NCBI RefSeq assembly: GCF_006345805.1
Contig: NC_043009.1
Coordinates: 70,494,001 to 70,558,000, forward strand
Direction: 5' to 3'
Origin: Octopus sinensis
Lineage: Eukaryota
DNA length: 64,000 nucleotides
The translations under genes and the position numbers were made by a program. This document shows positions 12,041 to 24,228 of the stretch, one piece after another (position 1 is the first letter of the stretch; each line of letters begins with the position of its first letter). The notes under the pieces were generated by a model. That model did not search any database. It worked only from the letters and a program-made list of their open reading frames with translations, and had not been told where the DNA came from.

Positions 12041-12106
12041 TTCTTGTCTTGTTGTTTGTATGCTCGAAACAAGAAGTAGAAGCACAGCCAACAACTGATG
12101 AAGGGT
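12041..12106 (+). ncRNA. Hammerhead-like motif with non-canonical strand order
   Basis: TTCTTGT-C-TTGTTG (12041-54), GCTC-GAA-ACAAGAA (12062-75), CAACAA-CTGATGA-aGGGT (12089-106); 7-bp stem III and 6-bp stem I are perfect, stem II is weak. Confidence 0.35.
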
Positions 12107-12373
12107 CGTTTTTTTATGTTACTTATTTTCCATTCCTTTCTCTCGTTTTTTTTGTGTACCCAACCTTATTTTCGTATTTCATGTTTGTTTACGTTTTTGT
12201 GACATCCTGTACCGATATATACATATGGACGCATGTAAGTACATATGTGCGTCTATATATGCATATATGCATATATATATTATTTATATTATATTATAGC
12301 ATATTATATTATATATATATATGTATATATATATATAATATATATATATATATTACATACACACACACTATAT

Positions 12374-12427
<54 letters not shown>

Positions 12428-12767
12428 GTATGTAGTATGTATAAATTGAAAGGTATAATGAATAAACGGTCAAAACAACTATGTCATTCCCAAATTATCA
12501 AAAATTGAACATAAATAAATATTAAACCAACGGGGTATCCAATAGTATAAAATATACATACATACACGAATAAAAGGCGATAAAACCTAAAGGGGGAATA
12601 CGGGTGAAGTCGAATGAAGAAAATTATATGGAATAAATTAATGGATAAAAAAGGTGCCAAAAATTGAAGGCAATGGAGCTAAAATAATATAAATATATAT
12701 AAAATACAAGAATATGAATATAAAGAATAAAGTGTAAGGCAACAAGAACAGAGTCCATTGAGGCCCA

Positions 12768-12863
12768 TCTCTACGATTATGATCGTTTCAAAGGATGCTG
12801 CTTCACATCGTTAATGTAGAATCCATTAAGGAAATGCATAGGCAACACCTCTTCATCAGAAGA
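12768..12863 (-). ncRNA. Type I hammerhead ribozyme motif, fully canonical core
   Basis: Minus strand: TCTT-CTGATGA-AGAGGTGTTGC...GCAGCA(T)CCTTT-GAA-ACGAT-cata-ATCGT-A-GAGA. Stem I 4 bp, stem II 11 bp with one bulge, stem III 5 bp, GUA triplet (H17 = 12772). Confidence 0.8.
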
Positions 12864-12892
12864 AAACCTACAAAGGCTTCACATTTCTGGTT

Positions 12893-13262
12893 TAATTCTT
12901 TATTGTCCATTAGGGGCCAACAGAGAGGGGACAATACAAAAACACAGGTCGATAAAAACGTATGACTTTTACATAAAATGAAGATTTAAAAATATGACAA
13001 ATATAAGCGTATGTTAGACGAACAAAAGTAAACAGCAAATGGAATGGGGGACGAGTTTGGCTCCGACGCCACAAGCCCCGTTCCACCACTGAAACCTTTA
13101 CATTTTCCTTCCTGGTTTACATCACGTATGGTCATTCATACTCAACATTCGTACTACACCATTCCGTATTTTGGTAATTATAACAGAGGACAGGCATCTC
13201 TTCTCCAGCCGTATTTTCTTTTTGAGATGGAAAATAAGGAAACTCACCAAACCCCGGATAGA
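12893..13262 (-). mobile_element. 3' fragment of an L1/Tx1-like LINE
   Basis: Minus frame FHLKKKIRLEKRCLSSVIITKIRNGVVRMLSMND resembles the Tx1-type ORF2 C-terminus; followed by a 3' UTR ending ...ggcccctaatggacAATAAAgaatt. Confidence 0.55.
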
Positions 13263-13269
13263 ATATGAA

Positions 13270-13372
13270 GCTTGGTGGGATTGCCGGTTTAGTCGCCGAC
13301 GACCGACCATGCAACATGTTGTACTGGGTTACATGTTACCAGTAGCAACTCGAAAGTGACCTGACACATACA
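13270..13372 (+). repeat. Interspersed repeat fragment (second copy about 46570-46648)
   Basis: Shared gttgccgg(t/c)ttagtc(g/a)ccgac...cgaccatg...ggtta...gttacc(a/g)gtagcaa...gac(c)(t/a)gaca. Confidence 0.65.
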
Positions 13373-13404
13373 TACATATAAATATTATATATATATATGT
13401 ATAT

Positions 13405-13468
<64 letters not shown>

Positions 13469-13523
13469 CATGAATGCATACATATATGTATATGTATGTA
13501 TGTATGATGTAAATATGTATATA

Positions 13524-14200
13524 TCATGTCATCCATCAGTAATGTCCGTATTTTTAAATAAGGAAAACAAGTGATCAAATGTTACAGTTCAGTGAAGCTT
13601 AATGAATAGTGTTTCCACCAATTTCTATGACGTCTTTGCATCTACTCGTAAGCTTTTTAATCCCATTAGTGACAATCTCTTTCGGTTCCGAAGAGAAGAA
13701 CTCTGAAAGTTTTCGACTTCTTCGGTTATTTCTAGAGTTAATCCATCAAAATGATTCTGTAAAGTCCGGAACAAATGGTAATGTGAAAGAGCATTGTCTG
13801 GGGAATAAGGTGAATGAGCAGTCTTCTCTCAGCCAAGTTCCTCGATCTTCTGTGAGGGGATCTTTGAGGTGTGGGGTGTTGCATTGTCTTGATGAAACAC
13901 CACTCACTTTCGATTCACTAAAGCAGGCTTTTTTTTTATTTTCTTCAAATCGGAGTTCAAACGCTCAAATTGCAGACAGTAGATTTGAGCATTGATTGTC
14001 GGTGGCCACTCAAACTGGATGTCTCCTTTGCAATCCCAACAGAGAGAATCTTCCTCGCATGGAGTCCCCTTTTCGGTTGTGGTTGGGCCTTTTTACCTTC
14101 GTCAGTCCAAGTACTACGACGCTTAACATTTCGATGATAGACTCATTTTTCGTCACCGTCACCAGTCCGTTCAAAAAGGATCTGATGGGGTCTCGAGAAC
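13524..14200 (-). mobile_element. Mariner transposon, 3' half (degenerate DD34D transposase)
   Basis: Minus-strand motifs TGDGDEK*, FHQDNATPHTSK and HSPYSPDNALSHYHLFRTLQNHFDG, with stops and frameshifts; TIR-like end near 13524-13555. Confidence 0.85.
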
Positions 14201-14239
14201 GAAGAGAACGGCAGATGTCCACTCGGGACACACCAATAC

Positions 14240-14630
14240 CCGCGCATGGGCTTAATGCTCATATAGATGTTTGGCTGTGAATTCCCTGTGTATGGTCTAC
14301 AAAGCAGAGTTTGTGTCTTACAGTAGCAGCAGCCGGGAAAGGAGACACACACGGAAATATGCTGGAACAATGGATGGCCATTTAAGACCAAGATAAATAA
14401 CCACAAGGCACCTAGCATCCCAGTGAGTTACAATATTAGTCAGCTAATACATATAAGGGTTCAAAAACAGAGGGAGCACGATACACAGTTAACTGGAAGC
14501 TGCTAGAACAAACTGGGCCACATCTCAATGTTATATTTATCCTAAATATTCGTAGGAACCAGGTGGCTTTTTGAATTCAAAACGTGAAATTTTGACTTTA
14601 TGTCCTTATAAGAGGACATTCATTTCAGAA
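14240..14630 (+). mobile_element. Penelope-like element GIY-YIG endonuclease relic
   Basis: Frameshifted peptides VYKAEF, KYAGT, FKTKINNHKA, YTVNWKLLEQTGP and FLNSKREILTLCPYKRTF follow the order of PLE endonuclease motifs. Confidence 0.75.
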
Positions 14631-15059
14631 ACGTCGTCTTCCATGCTTGCAGACAAGAGTACCAAAAGGAACGCTCAAAGACTGACATATTTCTCCCTCA
14701 GCTGAACTTGTTATGAACATTAGGCCAAGCAAGGCTGAAGAGTTGCTAATATTGCCAAGTGCAATACTAAAAGTGAAGGCACTGGTAACTTTCTGACAGC
14801 TTATTTTTGACTGTGCTTTTTTGACTTATGAAGAACTGATCGCTGTATATACATGTGTGTGTGTGTGTGTGTGTGTGTGACTTTATGTCTGTCAGCCCAT
14901 TTTGCTCTCTTTTACGTTGTCCTAAATTCGTCAAAGTGTCCGATAGAATAAGAACTGGCTTTGGTTTCTTCGAGTAAAGCGCTTACAGCAGTACCCCAGA
15001 GTGGCTGCATCCCATTGAGACTGAAACAAGTGAAAAGTAATTGATTAAAGCTATGTATA

Positions 15060-15062
15060 TCC

Positions 15063-15132
<70 letters not shown>

Positions 15133-15200
15133 ATATCTATCTATCTGTCTTTATATATATATATATATCGCTCTATCTATCTATCTATATATCTATCTAT
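15060..15200. repeat. (TCTA)n microsatellite
   Basis: Visible. Confidence 0.95.
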
Positions 15201-15290
15201 AACGCTCAGGAATTGAAATATTCTTTTACGTTTCGAGCTTACGCCCTTCTACAGAAAGGGACACAGAAAAAACAAGGAGGGAAAAAATGT
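15201..15290 (-). mobile_element. Truncated family-v hammerhead-like repeat copy
   Basis: Minus strand CTGTAGA-a-GGGC-gtaa-GCTC-GAAACGTAAAAGA, matching 9597-9660. Confidence 0.6.
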
Positions 15291-15504
15291 GTGTGGATGT
15301 GCGTGCGTTAAGGTAACCTTTATCTCTAACCTAACATGGAATTCTGCGTTATTTACTTTGAGAGGACCTATCTCTCTCCCCCTCTCACTTTCCCTCTCTA
15401 TCATACTCTCTTCCTCTCTCTCCCTCTGTCTCTCTCTCTTTCACACACACACATACTCTCTCTCTCTCTCTCTCTCTTTGTATCATACACGGAAACTTAT
15501 AGAG

Positions 15505-15510
15505 AGAGTT

Positions 15511-15585
<75 letters not shown>

Positions 15586-15622
15586 TAGATAGATAGATAG
15601 ATAGACAGATAAATAGACAGAC

Positions 15623-15688
<66 letters not shown>

Positions 15689-15690
15689 AT
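15505..15690. repeat. (TAGA)n microsatellite
   Basis: Visible. Confidence 0.95.
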
Positions 15691-15870
15691 AGCTGTTAGT
15701 GTTTATCGGGAAGATACGTACGTATTTATGTGTACCATTGGTAAATTTGGAAAAATTTCAGGGAAAGATAAATGCATTGCTTAAAAAATAATACTTACAT
15801 ACGTACACACACACACACACACATACATGTACACACACATAGACACAAATACACATAGTCACACACACAC

Positions 15871-15967
<97 letters not shown>

Positions 15968-18900
15968 ATATACATATTTACATACATATGTGTGTAGATA
16001 TGTATGGAGATTAGATTAGAGAATTAGTGAAGGATATTAATGTCAGTTTTTTCCCTATTTTTATATTAGTTTTAAGAAAGAAAACGGCGAATAAAATTGA
16101 TTGAATAAAAAGTTGGGAGAAGATAGGTCCGCTTTTTTTTATGTTCGATAAAGATTAGCATTTCTTTTTATTGGATGTAAGCCAAGTCAAAAGCATAGTC
16201 ATTACGCTCTGTATGTCTAATGTTATTACGAAACTATAAGCTTTGTTCCTTCCTGGCTGTTACAATAACTCCACTATGTCTCAATACCGTGTCAGCATGG
16301 CTGACTCAACAAATGGCTTCTATCTTTTTTAGATTTTAAAACTCTGATATACTTCAACAAGCAGGAGTTATTATGCCCTCTGTTTGAGCATCTAATAAAT
16401 TTTTGATTGGTTCCAAAATCTATTTCTCTATGTAACATCGTTTCCTTTTACAATCTATATTTTGAAATAATATAGTTAATATCTCTTATAACGCTACCTT
16501 GAAATTTACATTTACATTTGGACGATCGACCATATAGTAATCAAATAGTCCACCATGTCTGTTATCTCCATATATTCCTATTATCAGGGGGCCAAATAAA
16601 TAGCTGTATGTGTTCCAGAATTATTTTACTCTATTCATGCTTTAAATTGCAGTTTAAATTCTGGTGGAGTCGTAGGAGCACTATCGGCACATGTGGCAAT
16701 ATCGGGTCTCCATATCTGAGCCCTGACGAAATTTGAAACTAAGAGAGGAAAGATACGATCTACCCAGTAATTGGCTGTTATTTTATTTAACCTTCACAAA
16801 GTTTGACCTCCCCAGAATTTGAACTCAGAAGGCAGAGCACAGAAGACATACTTCAAAAGCATTCTGTCCCACTCTGTAAGGATTTTTTCTTCGTTAACAA
16901 AATTAAAAATATCTCAGATTTCTCCAGTGTTTCTACGATTTTATTGTCTTAACTAAATTCTGCTTTGCCGATGAAATCTAACAACAACAAAACATCCAGA
17001 TTCGCCATCATGCTGCTAAGTATCAAACCACCCACTGCATTCATTATTCATTCAATTAAAATTCTGGTCCTCAACACGCTTGTCCGTTTTATCCAGAGAT
17101 AATTTCTTTTTCGCATCACCAGGGTTAGAATTTTAATTCAATTTCCATAGCTCGCCGCAGGAAATGTTAGCCCAGACTTTTATATTGGAATGCATTAAAT
17201 TCATTAGGTCAAGACTTTGACAAAAAGAAATATGTGCCATAAATTTAACTTTTCTTCTATCTGAATAAAATACAAATAAATACTTAGTGGAAATGGCCAG
17301 AGGATATCCATTTCTCAGTTCAAATGTATTTTTTAATTCACATCGAGATGTCTTTTGTTGACTTTAGAAATTCCTTATCTGAACATGCATTAAAATATTG
17401 GTAACTTGGACTTGCTCTCAGACACTTCACATTTTATTTATATTTTTTAAATCTAATTTATGTTTATCTTATTTTTACCCAATTGGTAATATTTTGCTTT
17501 AAATTATTAATGCTAATAATACATTTTATTGTAAGGCTGTAGTTTTCATTTTAATTAAAAGTATTCTCCACCAATAAACATCACTCCTTCTTGACATGTC
17601 CAAATTCCTCACTCTCGCCCTAACCATTGTCTACACTCCATTTCTCCCCAGAACGTCGGCAATCTCATTCCTGCTCATATGGTTCTTGCAGGTCTTCATT
17701 TGTAACACTTTACACGGAAGGAATCAGCTTAGACTTCTTCCAAACGTAGCATGTTACCAAAAAAAAAAGAAGAAAGAAAAAAAGCGGGGTGGGGTGAAAA
17801 TGCTGACCTTTAAAATATCCTATCTTCTGTTTTCATTGAGCAAATGTAACGGTATTCCTCATGATTTCTATTTCGGAACGTAACCCAGATCTTTAAGATC
17901 TTAACACATTCGAGGAAGATGTAAACATTTATTTCTGGGTGGAATATTCCATAATCTGCCCTTGTTAATAGTTATCAACCTTCAAGTTGTAAACTACATA
18001 TGATTCCACTCCTTTAAATCCAATAGATTAAATAAAAACAAGAAGGCAAAATAAATATTGAGGAAAACATTGGCATTTACGAAGATTATTTAATGTCATG
18101 GTGGATGTAGAAAGCATGTCACAGTATGAAAAAACCTGTTTGTACTTAAAGCACACTAAATACTAAGAAATATTTTCATTCCCAGTTTTGCATTAAGCGA
18201 AGTATTCAGTAATTTAATAACTGAAATATATTTTCAAATTCTTCTTTAAAACGATCATTTAATCACTGAAAAGTTAACTTTAAATTTACAAAGTAAATCC
18301 TAAACTTTCTCGTGACATACGTAGCTTTCTTTTTCAATGAGTTTAAACAAGCTTTTCCGTGAATTTTCCCTACTTAAATGTAAACATTTCTAACGTCACT
18401 GGAAAATGTTTATGAATCATGAATAAAAAAACAATTTATCCGAAGAAACCTGTTATTTGTATGAAATTGTATTCCACTTGACATATGAGGATAGAAATTC
18501 TTAAAATAACCGTATTAGTGATTCGGAATTGCTTAGAAATTAGGGCGGGTTTTGGTTATCTTTTGTGTAGGAATAAAGGAACCTGTTATTAATTGCGTGT
18601 TGAAAAAGACAATGTAAGTTTACCGCATCCCATCGTGAAATTATTTAGGAAATTTACTTCTATAGTAATAACAGGTTGCCCGCGAACTATACGTCTCTGA
18701 AACTAATTTGACTTAATTTGTTATTCTTCTTGAGCTTAAAGTAATGGTTATTTCATATAAACACCTCCAGTAAATAGATCAATCCTAAGCATATATTACA
18801 TCATTCACAAGACTATTTCGTTTCTTTCAAAATATATGTAATGTGGCAGATTTATGTATTATGTATGGGAAGACGGGTTGCTGGGATTGAGCGAGTGTTA

Positions 18901-19395
18901 GTCAGACGTCTTATGTTACCTCATTATGATAATTTATGTTATGAGTTCACATGGCATGGGCGTCCATTTTCGCTTTAATATTTCCAGATCGATAAAGTAA
19001 GCAGCAGTTCTTTACTGATGTGGCTTAAACCACTGCGCACTTTCTTCAAATCTGAGGCATGGCCTCAATGCTTGTAATCAGTCCAGAGTGAGTGTCTGGC
19101 GTTTGATTTCTAAGGAAAAATAATTGCATTTGTTTGCTTCATTAATTTGTTCACCATACGTGGACACATTATACATAAGTCAACAATTAGACTACAAATT
19201 TAAGGCTCAAAACCACTAAATGACGTTTGGAAGTTAAATGATTAACAGTAGCTCGCTAATTTAGATAAGAATGCAGCAACGTACTCGATCTATGTCGGGC
19301 AATATCTCCGCAGCTAAAATGAGTGCCACGTAAAACTTATGTTGTTACTTGATGTTAAGTGAAACCCATGCAGTCAGCAACTGTATATCCATGTG

Positions 19396-20400
19396 TTAAT
19401 ATTTGTGAAATTTGTTAAACGGAAACAAGGCCGAAGGTCGGTAGTGGCAGCAATTCATATTTTTGTATGGTAAACTAAATCCGACGGAACTCAACCTCCT
19501 TAACTTGACCACTTGATTGCTTACCTTGACCACCTGATTGCTTAACATAACCATATGATTGCTTGCCTCGACCACCTGATTGCTTACCTCGACCACCTGA
19601 TTGCTTACCTTGACCACCTGCTTGCATACCTTGATCCCTTTATTACTTAATTTGACCACTCTGATTGCTTACCTTGACCAGCTGATTGCTTAACCTGACC
19701 TCCTGATTGCTTACCTTGACCACCTGATTGCTTAACCTGACCACCTGATTGCATAACCTGAGCTCATGATTGCTTAAATTGGCCACTTGATTGGTTAAAT
19801 TGACCACCTGATTGCTTAATTTCACCTTCTGATTGCTTACATTGACCACCTGATTGCTTACATTGACCACCTGATTGCTTACCTTGACCACTCTGATTGC
19901 TTACCTTGACCACTCTGATTGCTTACATTGACCACCTGATTGCTTACATTGACCACCTGGTTGCTTACCTTGACCACCTGATTGCTTAACTTGACCTCGT
20001 GATTCCTTAACCTGACCACCTGATTGCCTAACTTGACCACCTGATTGCTTAACTTGACCACCTGATTGCTTACCTTGACCACCTGATTGCTTAACTTGAC
20101 CTCGTGATTCCTTAACCTGACCACCTGATTGCTTAACTTGACCACCTGATTGCTTTACTTGACCAACTGATTGCTTAACTTGACCACCTGATTGCTTAAC
20201 TTGACCACATGATTGCTTTAATTGACTACGTCGTCGCGGAAAGTACGAAACTCCTCTTCCCCTAAGTCTTTCAAAAGAATACTTTTCAAGCGTTGATTTT
20301 CCTCTCTACATTCAACTTCAAGAAACATCGGATACGTGTAGATGCTAGTTTTCAGCCTCAAATAATACAGCAGGCTCAAGAGTATTCCAGCCGTGACCAT
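19396..20400 (-). pseudogene. Possible disrupted ORF: hydrophobic N-terminus, charged helical segment, (VVKLSNQ)n heptad repeat, short C-terminal tail
   Basis: ORF 20400-20218 runs in frame into the repeat. In-frame TAA at 20220-20218 and 20157-20155 replace Leu TTA codons; three +1 units shift the frame; the frame exits as ...KLRRLSSVGFSLPYKNMNCCHYRPSALFPFNKFHKY*. Confidence 0.35.
19497..20229. repeat. 21-bp minisatellite, consensus TTGACCACCTGATTGCTTAAC, about 34-35 units
   Basis: Visible tandem units; three 22-bp variants (about 19655, 19887, 19909); 105-bp (5-unit) higher-order duplication (19996 and 20101). Confidence 0.97.
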
Positions 20401-21413
20401 CCTGTATTTCTAATTGCATGCCAGTGTTTATTATTCAATGTGTCTTCATAAGTATTTAAGAAGTGGGGCGTGTTATTTAAGGTATATCAATTTAACATTT
20501 CTCAGTGGTCGAAAAACTGCACAGAGGCTTGCATGATGGTTCCTCTAATGTCGAAATTATGCATAAGATCGTTCTATTTTACTTAGAATGTCATCAATTA
20601 GATTTAAAATGATGATGTCATCAATAATTTTATGAGAATATTTCAATAATATTTTATATTATTTAAAGAAAAAAGAAAAAAGATCCAAGAGAATTCTTAC
20701 AATCGATTAAAGGATTTGGTTAGCAAAAATTTAAAAGGAAAATCAATATAGTTTTAGTTATTTGATTCTTCAATTTTATTTACAAGCGAGGAATATATAA
20801 ACTTTCTAATTAATGATTTAGAATTGATAAAATATTATCATGTGTATTTCAATATATAAGGCTTAACAGAAAGCAATTATGTTTATATTCTCTATTATTG
20901 ATTGTACAGAAATTTACGATGTAAGAGTATTTCATTGAATATATTCTCTTTTCTTTATCTTGGTGATTTTTTCTCAAAAACCATTGATTTGTTGAATTAA
21001 TTTGACAGTATCATATATAATCATATTCTGACAGAATTATTTCAGATTTCAGTAAAACTACAGAAGACGGGGAAACAAAATCAAAACGGGGAAATAAATT
21101 TCAATAAAAAGTGAATGGTGAGAAATTGAGTTCCATTATTATATCGCCTTTTCATTTTACCATGTTCTCAAAAATAACGGAGAAAGAACAGAGCGTGAAA
21201 CAATACTTGTTGAAAATCTTCTATTAAAACTTAAAGAATAAGATTACATAAAACATGCCGCATGGAGTTTTATTGCATTGTGTATGCACCAGTGACATTT
21301 TCATGGTTACTGTATATGTGCGTCCGTACACATGCACTTACATATATACACACTAATATATGTATGTGCGTGTGTGTGTATGTGTATATGAATATACGTA
21401 CATACATACATAC

Positions 21414-21472
<59 letters not shown>

Positions 21473-21971
21473 ATATATATATATTATGCGATGAAAGATG
21501 GCAAAACCATGGGATATAAATTTAATTGAATTGTATAAAATACTGCGTTCTTGAAATATTGAACCAAATTTTAGTATCAATAAGAGAGCTACACAATTTG
21601 GCACAAGCTATTCTTTGGTAATAAACATAAACCACCGGCCTTTCCAATGGGTATTAAATCAGAAAGCTATTCGAAGATGTAAATGCAATATTCAAACTAT
21701 ACACGCGTATATGTTAATTTAGATTTGAAAATATATACTTTCATTTTAACGTGTTCAATTTCTTAGTTGTTTCAATTCGTCTTCTTGTTCTTGTTTACCG
21801 ACCAAAGTTTCAAGGTCACCTGCTAGCTACTGTTACCACTTCCGTTCATGGCATCAAGGGTAATTTAAAATCGTTAAAGAAATAACTATTTGTTTCTCGG
21901 TCAATTTTTGTCGAACATTCCAGCAAAATCAGTTGATGTGTAATAATTATTCTACACTTAAAGTTTTGCTT

Positions 21972-22339
21972 TTATTACCTCCGCCTTCGCGATTTTGTTT
22001 TCAGTCATGTTTGTTCGCTTCTTTGTTTGTCCGAAGATATGATATTTCAAGAACCTCTGGATCAATTCGTATGAAACTTTTCAGGATGTTTAGCCTCGAT
22101 ACTGGCATGAACTGATTAGATTTTGGGAGCGATCCGGTAACGGACAAGGATTCTGGATTATTTTTCCTGTTTCTTTACTTAATTTTTGAGAGCGGTCGCG
22201 TTCATTCTTAGTATTCTTGTTTCTGAGAGCATTAAAGTTTATTTCAGATATTCTTATTTTAAAAATCCTCTCCGGCTAATCGTTGAGAGGATGTTGGTGT
22301 TGTCTCGGCAGACGTTTGCGCTCCCTGAATGCTCTTGTT
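21972..22339 (+). mobile_element. Non-autonomous Helentron/DINE-1-like (HINE) element
   Basis: 5' TTATTACCTCCGCC; 3' decayed subterminal inverted repeat GGCAGACGT followed by a gcgctccctgaatgc hairpin-like motif and a T-rich end. Confidence 0.55.
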
Positions 22340-22672
22340 ATTCTATGATTTCCATTTCTAAATCATAGTTCATAGATTAAAACATAAATCGATAAACATA
22401 GCACTGGATGGATAAACTGATGAACTTGATTTTAAGTGGAAATTTTAACCACATTGCTATTGTTCAACCGATCAACCTGCATATCGTACCATTCAATTCA
22501 CTTATAGTGTAATCTAGACTGGGATGTCATTCCCAATTTCCTTAAGTATTTCTCCAAAACCTTCACAGACATGCACCTACAAAGAAAGATCCAACGATTA
22601 CCTGGAAATGCAATCCCTATAAATGCCTACGAAGCATTTAAATACAAAACCCTGTTAGGTTTAAAGAAAATA

Positions 22673-23216
22673 TTAGGTTGTCCGGAAAGTTCGTGCCGAT
22701 TTATAGTAGCTTACCTTTCGACTTATTTTAGAACATGGTTGAGTCCATAAAATAGGATTTTACTACCCCTCCATTTAGAGCACAGTTTAAGCTATCTTTT
22801 CGTGGAAGAAGGTTTATGTTCCTATAACCTGTGTTAGGTCTGTAACACTTTGAAATGGAAGTTAAGAAAGTTCATTTTCGGCACTTGATGCCTTGGGAAC
22901 CAGACAAAAATTGCTGCAGCTCGGCTGGGATGTGTTACCCCACCCTCCATATTCACCAGATATTGCTTCTTCGGATTTCCACTTATTCAGGTCTCTGCAG
23001 AATAGTCTTAATGGTAAAAGTTTCAATTCCTTGGATTACGTAAAAAGATACCTTGATGAATTCTTTGCCATGAAACCACCTCAGTTCTGGGAAGAGGGTA
23101 TTTTCAAGTTAAAGGAAAGATGGAGACGCATTGTGCAACAAAATGGTTCATATTTGGTTGTTTATTGACGTTTTTCTTTCCTTTAAAAATCGGCACGAAC
23201 TTTCCGGACAACCCAA
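22673..23216 (+). mobile_element. Internally deleted mariner element with both TIRs and TA target duplication
   Basis: TA|TTAGGTTGTCCGGAAAGTTCGTGCCGATTT ... AAATCGGCACGAACTTTCCGGACAACCCAA|TA; N-terminal MEVKKVHFRHLM joined to C-terminal LGWDVLPHPPYSPDIASSDFHLFRSLQN. Confidence 0.95.
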
Positions 23217-23743
23217 TACATTACGTCATTTAAAATGGTTAAATTGATAGGTGCCACAGTTTCTAAAGATTATTCATAGGTTCCGTGCCCCATCATGGCC
23301 TCAGCCTCAGGTTGAAACCAGTAAAATAATTTCAAAAATGTACCTGTGTTTATGTATGCCGGAGTACGTTCATTATTTTGTCGTTATCTGTTCATTGTTG
23401 CGTGTTTACCTGTTCTATGATGACTCTTAACACCGGACGCTGAACGCCTGCATCTCAGGCAACTTAAATACATCATCTGTAAAGCTGTGGTTTGTTATGT
23501 TAGTGGGGATGAGTATAATTGGATCTGTGATGGGATTTATAGTCACGACCGTGACAGGATATCTTGAAGTTATGATTTGTAATATGAAATCTGATTCGCA
23601 AAAGTAGAATTTTGAAGGATATCATGCTTAGAGATAAGTTTCCAAACATTGTTTCTCAGAACATTATGCGCTTTCATATGATAAACCCAACGCACTACAT
23701 TTTTAAGCATATACATATACACATATCTAAATAAATATGTATG

Positions 23744-23792
<49 letters not shown>

Positions 23793-23839
23793 CAGTATAT
23801 GAATACATGTATATGTATATAATATATATATATATATAT

Positions 23840-23881
<42 letters not shown>

Positions 23882-24228
23882 ATTCATACACATGTATGTA
23901 TGTATGCAAGTATGTATGTTTGTGACTGTGTTTTCATTAGATTATCCAGGGGTGGCAGAGCCTTTTCTGGTTTCTGACAAAGCCGTGGATAAGGCAACTC
24001 TTCTGAATATATTGGCATCACTTTTGCATTGAAAAGACTACCGGCCAGATCGAAATGTTTTTCGCAGCAACATAACATGGCGACCGAGAGTCTAGCCTTA
24101 ACGTTGTACAAGCTTTTGTCACTTAAATTTAATTACATACAGATGCCACATTATCATTTCGTTTCTTGATCCGTTTTGGATTTTATAATGTCCAATGGTG
24201 ATGGATGAGTGGCGTAAAAAAGTCATAC

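Noticed and set aside
14730-14800. CTGAAGA-GTTGC...GCAAT downstream of the PLE endonuclease relic
   Set aside because: The position fits a pseudo-LTR, but GAAA and the cleavage strand cannot be placed.
18988-18996. 9-nt microexon (ttccag|ATCGATAAA|gtaagc)
   Set aside because: Plausible splice sites, but no flanking plus-strand exons to anchor it; expected by chance in 64 kb.
19497-20229. CRISPR-like array
   Set aside because: Units are directly adjacent with no unique spacers, the context is eukaryotic, and there are no cas genes.
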